In this document: one piece after another, positions 54,225-64,000 of the stretch
Layout of the letters: each line of letters opens with the position of its first letter
Numbering within the stretch: position 1 is the stretch's first letter
Origin: TPA_inf: Saccharomyces
Taxonomy: Eukaryota
Assembly: GCA_000146045.2 (NCBI GenBank)
Contig: BK006944.2
Coordinates: 32,001-96,000, forward strand
Reading direction: 5' to 3'
DNA: 64,000 bases
Notes under the pieces: generated by a model
What the model was told of the DNA's origin: nothing
The model's input: only the letters and a program-made list of their open reading frames with translations
The model's database searches: none
Made by a program: the position numbers and the translations under genes

Positions 54225-56786
54225 TTACCTCTCCTTTCCTTCTTCCTTTTTTGTTTTAACTTTTTTGTTCAAGCTTTTATTGTTTCTTAGTAAATTTGAT
54301 GATGCTGAACTAGATGGTTGGGAAAATAGTGGTAATCTCTTACTAGTCTCCTGCCCTGTAGGTGATGTGATTCGCTGCCCTTTATTTGCATTAAACAATG
54401 CATTAGATTTGGACGTTTTTGGATCTTCGATCTTTTCAAAAAGATTCAGGTTAGTTTCTGATTTACGAATGATGTTGGATTCTTTAGCAATTGTCAGATC
54501 TTTCAACTTCCGCTCCCAAAGTGGCACCTGTTGATCCAAGATGGCATTTAGTTCAAGAAGTTTTTCTTCATTACATAACCTTTCCTTCGGGTTAAACGGT
54601 CCAAATTGGTATCCGCCTTTACCATCAAATTTTAACAGATAGTTATGAAAATGCCATAAACTTGTCCTGTGGCAAACTGATATTAACGAGATACCAAAAT
54701 TTTGCGCATTTTCGTACATCCTTTGTTCCATTTCTGGGGCTACTGCAGATGTACATTCGTCGAGCACAGCAAACTTGGGTTTATGATAGTACATCCTTGC
54801 CATAGCTAACCTTTGTTGGACACCAATTGTTAATTCTTCGGACCAATTTCTTACTATACTGAATGCATCACGAACTTTAATGGCGCATGGTGACTGATTG
54901 TCTTCCGTCGACAACTGCTGTGAATCATTTTTGGAAGTCCTTTGCGCCAGCAGAAGTGACATATTTTCAGTGACTAAATCCTCCAAATCTAATAATTGCA
55001 GAATTTTTATTAAATCTGCATCGCCTAGATCATAATCATTGTGATATCTTTCTTTGAATTGTTCAATACTGTCTGGATAAATAATCTGTTCCCTGAATGT
55101 CGACCTATTGCCCATATACGGCCTTTGGGGTAAATAAAATATTGCGCAATCTCTATCCACAGTTCTACGCGGCATTATTAACTTGGATTGATGATTTTTA
55201 TTGGGAGTCGCCCTTATCGGCCAAAGCCCGCCTAGAATACGAAATAATGAAGATTTACCGCAACCGTTGGGCCCAATAATTAGTAGATGATTTCCATGCT
55301 TCAGATCAAAACTTAGCTCCGGTACTAGAACTTGATTGGCAGGTGTTATTAAAGGAATATTTTCAAACTTTATCCTTGAATCATCATATTCCACTATACA
55401 CCTTTCATCTCTTGGTTCTTTTTCGTCATCACCTTTATTAGCATCCAACAAATCATTGAACTTGTTCAATCTCAATCTGATACCGCGTAATTGTTGTATA
55501 TTTCTCTTCAGTTCCACAAATCTTCCGATAGAGCTAGATGCAGTGACTAATAATCTTCTATTTGTGATGAAATCAGCCGTCATATCATTCCCGGGTTCCT
55601 TAAGCTGTAAGGTGTCTTCACTAGGTTTGTTTTTGAAAAATATTGGAATCGAGCATAGTACCAAGCCAGCTGCGCCCCAAGTATATTTAATGACAAATGC
55701 AGTAGCAACATCATAAATAGCTCTTGCCTTTATTTCTCTGTTTAAAAATAGCACCAAACGGTAAAATGAATAATCAACGTTTTCTAGTTCCCTCTTTTGC
55801 CCTCTTAGCAGTGCAATTTCTTCATTGCTTGAATGTAGATTCGAGTGTAAAGATCTGAACCAACTTTCCAAAGATGCGCTTGCCATAGTTAACCTAGTGA
55901 AATTCGGTTGAATCAATTTTAGTAATGAATTGGAGGCGTAGACAATTAAGCCCAGTGCCAAAGTTCCTTCACCCATAACACTAGTGTTTGAGGTTAATAA
56001 TTTGAATGAACAGAGGATCAAATCCAGCATTGGCTTTAATAGCTGATTCAGTAATAATGACGAGTTCATTGAAAATGTGTAAATATCTTTTGTCAAATTA
56101 TCCTGAATTTCTGAAACAGATTCAGCAGAAGCTACGGAATAGAAAGTATGGTGATTAGATAGATACTTTGAGAGTAGAAAGTCTGAAACTTTCCTATTAA
56201 TAGTGACAGCACAAAGTTTTGTCGTGTAACTGATCAGTGAATTAATAAAACTGGCGGGAATTCCAAGGATCATCCATTTCCCCAACAATATCTTTGTGAA
56301 GTTTGCGTATTGAGCTCTTACTAGTGTGGACACTAATTGACCATCTAAAGTAGCCACACGAAGAGACAGCAATGTTCTGATGTTCAGAAGAATAGCCTGT
56401 GTAATAAATAAAATGAGGCACTTCTTATCATGAAGCAAAAGTTTGAACAAAAAATCTACCTTTCCTTTTCGCTCTCCCCCCTTATGATTAGTCTTGCTTT
56501 CTTTATCAATTATTATTGCACCATCTTCTGAATCTGTGCTATGTTTGGAGACTATCGTTAACTCTTCTTTGCTACTTTCATCTTCCTCTCTATCTACTGC
56601 GGTTTCTTTTCCCTCTTCAATTTTCTTATTTTCTAAAACCGTTGACTCAGAATCCTTCTTATCAGTTTTGTTGTTACTAGAACTGGAATTTGAATTGTAA
56701 AGCGTGGCTAGCAACAATATTATGTATGAAGAACGCAGTAAATTTACTCTATGCTTCTGATAAAATGCAGAAGCTGTTGAGATCAT
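54225..56786 (-). CDS. PXA2: Peroxisomal half-size ABC transporter (ABCD family), partner of Pxa1
   Basis: 853 aa with an N-terminal TMD and a C-terminal NBD carrying Walker [10 protein letters not shown] and signature LSGGEKQR-like motifs ([14 protein letters not shown]). The length matches YKL188C. Confidence 0.92.
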
Positions 56787-57034
56787 TATAAAATCTTTCT
56801 TCGGTAACTTTTAATTGTATTATTATCCCTTTTGAGTCTTTTCCATATTCAAGACGAACAAAATACAGATAACAATGTTGAAGACGTTTGTTTTGTACCG
56901 GATTGAGGACAAGATGATACTTAAATATAATATTATCTTTGATCGAGCAAAGCCATCAATATCATCATCTAACATTCACTTTACTCCACATTTCATTGCC
57001 GCCCTTAATCTTTCGGAGGGTGGTAAAAACTTTA

Positions 57035-57058
57035 CGGTGATAGTTGTAATTAACGCCG
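57035..57058. promoter_or_regulatory. Candidate oleate response element (CGG-N18-CCG) about 250 bp upstream of PXA2
   Basis: CGGtgatagttgtaattaacgCCG is read directly. The spacing fits the Oaf1/Pip2 ORE class CGG-N15-18-CCG, and PXA2 is an oleate-inducible gene. The internal TNA sub-consensus is not perfectly matched. Confidence 0.35.
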
Positions 57059-57283
57059 AAGGAATATACATCAAAGACGAAAGAACATTAATTGCATATA
57101 TTCCAAAAATATGAATAATTACCAAATTATTATTAATTTTTGTTTTGAAATTTAAATAAAGCTATTAAATAAGGATGATGGTGTGGTATGTACTATAATT
57201 CAATATAAGAGATTAAGATAACGCTGTAAATGGTTTGGTACAATTGAAAAAAAGTGATAGAGCATTTACGAAAAAGAAAAAAA

Positions 57284-59536
57284 TTATGCTACCAAATGTG
57301 CATTATTGTTAACAGGTCCATTTGAATCTTTTGGTGTCACGTCGGGGTGACTTAGCTCTGTTCTATTACTCGTACTACCTGTGACATCTGTATTATTGGC
57401 AGAACTACTGTTGTCGATAGCGGTTATTTCATTACGATTCACCTGTTTTTCGAAATCAGCATCATCATCATCACCCAAGTTATGGTCGCCGAAACGGTCT
57501 GCAGAAATGGCAGAACCATCCCCATACGTGTAAATTTCGCCTTTCCTATTCGTCACAGATCCGGACATGTAACGACCACTCCGTCTGTTCCTCCACCACG
57601 TATAAATTATCAATCCTGTGGCGATAAAAGACAACGCAAATGCTGTCCATATCAGCCCTGTATAGGCGGGACCGGCTTTAAACACAACACCATATTTATC
57701 ATCTGCCGTACCGCTCTTTATAATGGCAATCATAACGGATATGATAATGGCTGCCAATACAGTGGCTACACCAACGCAAACGTGTAGAGCTAGGGCAATG
57801 AGCCATAATGGTTGTTTGAACATATATCTGTTAAAGTACAGTAATATAATAAAAATCATGGTAAAGAAGGAAAAGATGATCGCTAAGAGGTTCAAAGCCA
57901 AAACAGACCTCACTGCTGGCACATATTGGTGCTCTCTGTGTAAAAGTTTCCCTTCTAGGTAAAGATCGTTGGCGCTAATATTCAGGGCGTTCAGATATGG
58001 TTGGAAGTCTGATGTGACTAATGCGTCATAAATAATCGATCTAAAATCCAAGTTTTGTACAGCATGTGGGGAGTTACAATCTAGGATCTTGTTTTCCAGG
58101 TTAGCATGGCATAGCGTGAAAATGGATAAGCGATAGTAAATCGGAATTTTCAGATACTCTAGTATATTCGGCGTCATGGCGTTCAATTCTTCTGCGGAAA
58201 TCGGTTGGACGGATTTGGCATCCGCTAATATATCTAAAATGGGCAAGAAGGTCTGAGGGTTTTCTTGAGCCCAGGAAGTCAGCGTCACTAAAGATGAAAA
58301 TGTTGTTTTAGGATCAGTGGATGCCCCTAAAAGACTGAAGAGATATGGAATGTACTGTACGGAGCTTGAATTACCGGATAGGCCCGATTGTAATTCGGAC
58401 AAGATGGACAAAGTTTCGTTGGTGTTACTCGAGGAGCTTATCACATCATCTAATCCAATTAGCTGTTGAGTAGATTGAGTTGTATTTGTCACCGCAGCTA
58501 GAGATTGGACCGAAGTGACAACCATTGTCGAGTTGTCCGAATTTTCCATCAATTGGGTTAAGGCAGCAAACGCCTTTTTTGCAGATGATGACTGAGTGAG
58601 GTTTTGTTCCAGCAAATCAGATAGAGTGCTCAATGTCTGATTTGTAGAGGTGGTCTGGTTTAGCAGCAATTCCACTGCATCAAATGCGGGGGCGCTTGCC
58701 TGCGGCACTAGTGGTTGCAAAGTACTAAACGTGTTATTTAGGGAACCTCCGTTTGAAATTGTGTTTTGTAACTGAGTTAATAGTGTTTGGGCTAAAGAAG
58801 ATGAAATAGTAGTGTTCATCAAGGTCGCCAGAGCCGTCATTGTAGCTGTTTGGTTCGTGGAGAAAGCGAATAGCCTGAATACCGGTAACAATTGCGCCTT
58901 TTCTGACATTGTCAGATTATTCAGAGTTAGCAATGCATCTGTGGAATTCTGTGGGTTATCGGAGTCTTTTAATAAGTCCAGAACCAAAGTAGTTGAGTCA
59001 CTGGAAGAGTTAGAGCTTGCGGAAGACAGCGAAGCAGAAACTAACCTTGAGAGGCCATCTAGTGTTTCAGTTGCGTTGTCTGAATACTTCAGCAGCCCAT
59101 TAATCTCTGTCAACTGCCTCGTGCTAGAAGCAGGATTGCCGCTGATCGCTAAGGGAGCCAATTCGGTCAATGATTCGATGGTTACTGTGGTGTTGTCAGC
59201 ATTAGACAAAAGCGTCAATAGCGGCGTCAGCGCGGGAGTATCAGCAATATTTTTCATGGCGCCAAAAATATCATCCAAGGAGCTGTTCGGAGCCGTCAAA
59301 GCGGACCCTAATATTGTCAAAATAGGGCCTATCTGCGGGATCACCTTGCTTACATTGATGTGTTTGATATCGGCTTCACCGATGTATATATTCGTTAAGG
59401 GTTTGTAGTTGGCGGTGGAGCCAGCAGTGGCTACAATAACCAATATCAGTGTGGTGAACATGAATAAAAGGCACACAGACAATATCGTCCAAATAATTCC
59501 CTTCGACAGGGGGGTACGGTGCTTTTCGATCCTCAT
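57284..59536 (-). CDS. FAT3: Type-I-like membrane glycoprotein implicated in fatty-acid uptake
   Basis: 750 aa. It has an N-terminal TM/signal segment and a long Ser/Thr/Asn/Leu-rich ectodomain with many N-x-S/T sequons and loosely repeated L-x-x-L-x-N-x-T motifs. Two or three TM segments follow and the cytosolic tail is Asn/Ser-rich. The length matches YKL187C. Confidence 0.85.
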   Translation of the reverse strand: MRIEKHRTPLSKGIIWTILSVCLLFMFTTLILVIVATAGSTANYKPLTNIYIGEADIKHINVSKVIPQIGPILTILGSALTAPNSSLDDIFGAMKNIADTPALTPLLTLLSNADNTTVTIESLTELAPLAISGNPASSTRQLTEINGLLKYSDNATETLDGLSRLVSASLSSASSNSSSDSTTLVLDLLKDSDNPQNSTDALLTLNNLTMSEKAQLLPVFRLFAFSTNQTATMTALATLMNTTISSSLAQTLLTQLQNTISNGGSLNNTFSTLQPLVPQASAPAFDAVELLLNQTTSTNQTLSTLSDLLEQNLTQSSSAKKAFAALTQLMENSDNSTMVVTSVQSLAAVTNTTQSTQQLIGLDDVISSSSNTNETLSILSELQSGLSGNSSSVQYIPYLFSLLGASTDPKTTFSSLVTLTSWAQENPQTFLPILDILADAKSVQPISAEELNAMTPNILEYLKIPIYYRLSIFTLCHANLENKILDCNSPHAVQNLDFRSIIYDALVTSDFQPYLNALNISANDLYLEGKLLHREHQYVPAVRSVLALNLLAIIFSFFTMIFIILLYFNRYMFKQPLWLIALALHVCVGVATVLAAIIISVMIAIIKSGTADDKYGVVFKAGPAYTGLIWTAFALSFIATGLIIYTWWRNRRSGRYMSGSVTNRKGEIYTYGDGSAISADRFGDHNLGDDDDADFEKQVNRNEITAIDNSSSANNTDVTGSTSNRTELSHPDVTPKDSNGPVNNNAHLVA

Positions 59537-60743
59537 GTTTTTGTTGTTTTCTTTGCTTTCCTAACTCTTCGTATGAGGATTTTCGATGGAGCAGGATGAG
59601 GAGAAATAGTACCACATGTATATATCCATTACAAAAAGGTTTATATACAATTACAATAGACCCTTGTTGGGGTTTCTGAAAAAAGAAGTAGTCGATGCCA
59701 TCGGCAATAATACGGAATTACGAGAAACACAATCCCGATCCTTTTTTGGGTAATTACTTCACCGATTCTACCGATTTATCATGCCAAAAAAAATTCACCG
59801 TGGGTTCTAGAAGTGCCCTTTGAGGATTGTAGCCACTCTAACCCACACGGCCTCCTTACTAGCTGACTAAGGTGACAAAACCGCAAGGACTGGAAAGTCG
59901 CCACTCATCTGAAAATTCTCAAGTTTTTCACTACTGAGTTTATGCTTTCGAATTTTTTTGTTCGGTAATAGCACGGCGGTTCGATTCAATTCCGCCGCTC
60001 CGAGCGATGCTCCGCAAAACTCAGTAATAAGCTTTCTGATGGTTCACCCCTTTTTTAGCACGCGGGGTGTAACTCAACAGAAAAATGTGCCATAGAACAA
60101 GACTAGGCAAAAGCCAAGGAGCGTTTGCCATGAACTTCCACAAGTAAAGCTCGTTGACCAGTTGATCAGTTGAGGGGGGTACACACGACTAGCGCTTTCA
60201 GATATTAAAAAGTTTAGATGTAGGTTTTAGCGGTAACAGTTATATAAATCGTGTTTCTTCTCTTGATGAAACAAAAAAATGCTAGAAAAACTTTGTCGTT
60301 TCTTACTTTTGGTGCGCTTTGCAGTTTTCGTGGCTAGACTTAGAATCATTTCTCCTCAGATTTCTTGATTAAAGTTTGGTGCGAAGCCCTACTCTAACAT
60401 TGGTGTTCTTCTTTTCATTCACGCAAGTTAAGTCCAGGAAGGTGAGCAAATGCTCATCCTTCTGTTCATGCGTGACGGCTGAATTATCCTTATCTGGCGT
60501 ACCCGTGCAGCCGTTTCCGTGCCTCGGTTCCTCCGAGATATCCTTAGGGACCGCCAGGGACCATGATTGCGTCAACTGTTGTCACCGCTCCAGAGGATCC
60601 TCTGTAACCTTTTCAACCATAAAAATAGAAAGGGCACAGGGTTGGGGTATTTGAATTTTTTTTTTGGGTTTTTTCGTATTACTTATTACTTACCTTCTTT
60701 TCTATATAATTTTGTTTTTCCCTGGTAGAGCGGAATCTTCCCA

Positions 60744-61298
60744 CTAAATTTTTAGCAGAGAATCCTCGGGTTTGTAAACCATGTTATAGTTAAACCCCGA
60801 TATTACACCATTAAAATCATTTCTAAATATGCGGTCGTCGATGATCAGCTGCAGGGAAATGCCAAAATATGGACCCCATAGAGGTCTTGGCTTGTTCATA
60901 TCGTTGGGTCGATTTCTGTTCCCAGTGTTATTTGGTTGAATGGGAACAGTCGCGTCTTGCCCCATCTTGTCTCTGCCGCTTTCGTCGAATCTGACTTTGC
61001 AATTGACGTTGCATATCAACGTGCCGGATCCCGGAATAGCGTGATAGTCTACTCCTGTTAGGGCATGTTGTGTTTGTACGACCTGGTTTTGCCACATTTG
61101 CAGAAAAACTGTTGCTTGCGCGAAGGGGGTAGCATTAAATATTATTCTGCAGTTGTTTGGATTAAAAAGCTGTACGAATTGGGCCAATTTGTTGGAGTCC
61201 GGATCATCCAAATGCGCTAATATCTTCTTCGTAAATGTGGCCGTTATTTGTGCTTGATTTGCGTCATTCATTACCATAGTATTACTATTGGTGTTCAT
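60744..61298 (-). CDS. MTR2: NTF2-like mRNA export factor, partner of Mex67
   Basis: 184 aa. The length and its position immediately upstream of ASH1 match YKL186C. Confidence 0.88.
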   Translation of the reverse strand: MNTNSNTMVMNDANQAQITATFTKKILAHLDDPDSNKLAQFVQLFNPNNCRIIFNATPFAQATVFLQMWQNQVVQTQHALTGVDYHAIPGSGTLICNVNCKVRFDESGRDKMGQDATVPIQPNNTGNRNRPNDMNKPRPLWGPYFGISLQLIIDDRIFRNDFNGVISGFNYNMVYKPEDSLLKI

Positions 61299-62498
61299 AT
61301 TTCTGTTATTACTGTTATTAGTTTGGCGTTTTGCCTGACGATCAGCCTGGTGGGGCCAAGTATATACTATAAAAACAGGTTAGTTACTTGCTCTATGCGT
61401 TTGCGCATCCTCTTTTTACTTTTTTTTTTTCAGTAAAGCCTAAGCATAAATCGTTTTATACGTACGACACGTTCAACTTTTCTTGGTTAGTAGTGGCAAT
61501 CTCTGCAATACATACAGGGAGTCATGGTCTATCATCTTGTCCAATCAAAGAAGCATCGGTTCAGATCGAGCAAACTGTAGGGAGAAAGGAAAGTAGAAAT
61601 GCAGAGTGTGCTATATGTCCAATCTCGGTTTTGTAGTTTGGATGTCATTAGAGATCTACCACCCAACCGGCTGCTTTCATGTGGAACAGAAAAGAAATCG
61701 GGGCGCTTCCTCTTCTGTATTCCTTTAATTAACGTTTTTATTCAGCCATCTAACCATCATACCCCCATACGGTAACAAAACCTCTTCTAAGAAAAGAAGT
61801 CTCTGCTCCTCCGCCATCTTATTTTTATTCGCTGCGCGCGTTTATTGTCGCATCGCTAGCCAGCAAAAAGTTGGTTGCCTTTTTTTACCTAAAAAAGACA
61901 CATCTAACTGATTAGTTTTCCGTTTTAGGATATTGACGCCAAGCGTGCGTCTGATTTCTACGATATGTCTCTAATTTTGGAAGGGCCATTTTATTTTTGA
62001 GGATTGGGCTGATCATTTTCCTTACGTGGATTGAGCCAGCAATACAGATCATTATTAAACTGTTTTGTACATGATGTTAGTATATAATCGTAAAGCTTTT
62101 CTAATATGTATACCTTATACATGGAACTCCACAGAACTTGCAAACATACCAAAAATCCTTTATTCTTGTTCACTCATTTTACATCAAAAAATAATATTTC
62201 AGTTATTAAGGAAAATAAAAAAATAGATTAGAGAAGCATTTTGAAGAAATAGTATATTCTTTTATTGAACCTAAGAGCGTGATATTTTTACTCGAAATAA
62301 AATACGAAAAATCTATACACTCATCTTTCCGACTACTATTGGCTCCTGCTCAAAAAAAGAGGGAAAAAAAGCTCCAAAATTCTATCTTTTCCTATCGCTC
62401 CTGTCCTATCCTTATTACGTTCATTACTATTTTAATACTATCCATTCTTTTATTTTCAGTCTAAAAAAAACATTTCTCATAACGGGAAAAGCAAAAAA

Positions 62499-64000
62499 AT
62501 GTCAAGCTTATACATCAAAACACCACTGCATGCATTATCTGCTGGTCCGGATTCTCATGCAAATAGCTCCTATTATGACAATCTTTTATTGCCTTCATTT
62601 TCCAATTTATCCAGTAATATCAGCAGGAACAATATCACAACCGATAACAATATAAATTCAGCAAGTCCTAGGAAGTATTCGTTTCATTCGCTCAATGTGT
62701 CGCCAATTCTTTCCCCAATATCTTTGGCTAACGAAATACTTGGAAAAAAATCAAATACTGCACCAGCATCGCCACATCATATGGATTACAATCCAATTTC
62801 CTCATTAACACCAGGCAATTCACCAGAATTCAACAAGGCAAGCTTATCTCAGATTAGTTTTACAAATCCATTGAACTATGGGTCTGGCTTAGGTTTTTCC
62901 TCTAATTCACAACCTCGACTACCATTGTTAGACAGGCTATCGTCCGTCTCTTTATCTAAGAGACCGGAGCGCCCACAACAAAGCCTACCATCACTAAGGC
63001 ATCTGCAATTATTACCCAGTCCTCTTTTACAAGAAAACGCAGCACGCTTCCCTGATACATCAAAACGTACATCTAATTGGAAAACTGATCTTACCCATTG
63101 GTGTAAGGATACAAACTATCAAGACTATGTTAAAATACGCGAAGAAGTGGCTCATTTCAAGCCATTAAGTATACCCAACTTAACTAATAATCAAAATAAT
63201 GATAGTTTCAATTACGGCAAGGAATTGGAATCGACTAGGTCGTCCAAGTTCCATTCCCCGTCTAAGGAATCATTTGATCGTACCAAACTAATTCCTTCGA
63301 TTCTAGAAGCTAAAGATCAATTTAAAGATCTTTCCAACAATGCATGGAGTATTACTCCTCCCGTCACACCGCCGATGAGTCCACCAACCAATAGAACCAT
63401 GGAGCGCACGACGCTTAGAGGAGTAGAGGCCTCTTTTTTTGAGGGGAAATCCAGCAATAACGATTCAATATTCAATCCAATTATTAGTGAAAAATTGGTT
63501 CAAGAAGTTAAACATCAAAGACAATTACGTGGAAATTCATTTCCCATGCCAAATGCCAGTCACAAAAAGACGAACAGTTTCAAAGCTTTGCAAATAAAAA
63601 AATTGCTTGCGAATAGAGACATTCTATCGAACAATTCCAAATCTAATGTAAGGAAACCATCTAAGAACAAAATCTCAAAGCAAGCATCAAATGTTTTCGG
63701 TAACACTGCAAGACAATTGGTGATGAAACTCGACAACGCTAGTTACAGTTCTGTCTCTGCATCTTCATCTCCATCTCCCTCCACACCGACGAAAAGTGGC
63801 AAGATGAGATCAAGATCATCCTCACCTGTGCGTCCCAAGGCATACACTCCAAGCCCAAGGTCACCCAATTATCATAGATTTGCTCTCGACTCTCCCCCTC
63901 AAAGCCCTCGAAGATCATCAAATTCAAGCATAACGAAAAAGGGAAGTAGAAGGTCCAGTGGCTCATCACCCACTCGTCACACCACAAGAGTGTGCGTGTC
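62499..64000 (+). CDS. ASH1: GATA-type zinc-finger repressor of HO (daughter-cell specific); partial, with the C-terminal ~88 codons beyond the window end
   Basis: The ATG at 62499 begins MSSLYIKTPLHALSAGPDSHANSSYYDNLLLPSF... The frame is open for 500 codons to the window edge, which is why the ORF track has no entry. The sequence is rich in S/T/P phosphorylation motifs (TPPVTPPMSPP). Confidence 0.9.
   Translation, partial: MSSLYIKTPLHALSAGPDSHANSSYYDNLLLPSFSNLSSNISRNNITTDNNINSASPRKYSFHSLNVSPILSPISLANEILGKKSNTAPASPHHMDYNPISSLTPGNSPEFNKASLSQISFTNPLNYGSGLGFSSNSQPRLPLLDRLSSVSLSKRPERPQQSLPSLRHLQLLPSPLLQENAARFPDTSKRTSNWKTDLTHWCKDTNYQDYVKIREEVAHFKPLSIPNLTNNQNNDSFNYGKELESTRSSKFHSPSKESFDRTKLIPSILEAKDQFKDLSNNAWSITPPVTPPMSPPTNRTMERTTLRGVEASFFEGKSSNNDSIFNPIISEKLVQEVKHQRQLRGNSFPMPNASHKKTNSFKALQIKKLLANRDILSNNSKSNVRKPSKNKISKQASNVFGNTARQLVMKLDNASYSSVSASSSPSPSTPTKSGKMRSRSSSPVRPKAYTPSPRSPNYHRFALDSPPQSPRRSSNSSITKKGSRRSSGSSPTRHTTRVCV

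Overview
This window is gene-dense Saccharomyces cerevisiae nuclear DNA. By gene order, protein identities and tRNA content it is the left arm of chromosome XI, from DOA1 (YKL213C) to ASH1 (YKL185W). Every long ORF translates to a yeast protein I recognise: DOA1 (truncated by the window start), SAC1, TRP3, UBA1, STE6, CBT1, EMC3, ADD66, LOS1, EAP1, TOR2, MNN4, PTK1, PEX1, YKT6, MIA40, MST1, SDS22, ACP1, DPH2, CNB1 (one short intron), HYM1, PXA2, FAT3, MTR2 and the 5' part of ASH1. Three tRNA genes are present: tRNA-Thr(CGU), tRNA-Asn(GUU) and tRNA-Leu(UAA). A box C/D snoRNA (almost certainly snR64) sits between TRP3 and UBA1 and is invisible to the ORF track. A degenerate solo Ty delta LTR lies upstream of tRNA-Asn. 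Recognisable regulatory sites include the alpha2/Mcm1 operator of STE6, an Rpn4 PACE site upstream of UBA1, a Gcn4 site upstream of TRP3, stress-response elements (STREs) upstream of MNN4 and an ORE-like CGG-N18-CCG element upstream of PXA2. The most striking sequence-level structure is the MNN4 C-terminal (KKKKEEEE)n array, which produces a cluster of spurious antisense ORFs (the YKL202W-type artefact). I found no foreign DNA, no prokaryote-like systems, no CRISPR-like arrays and no unexplained large ORFs. Intergenic spacing and base composition are ordinary yeast throughout. The only unexplained items are small: a GC-stem-flanked box-B-like motif between FAT3 and MTR2, and a few short intergenic ORFs. 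The honest conclusion is that this is a well-described, ordinary core-chromosome region rather than a novel system.
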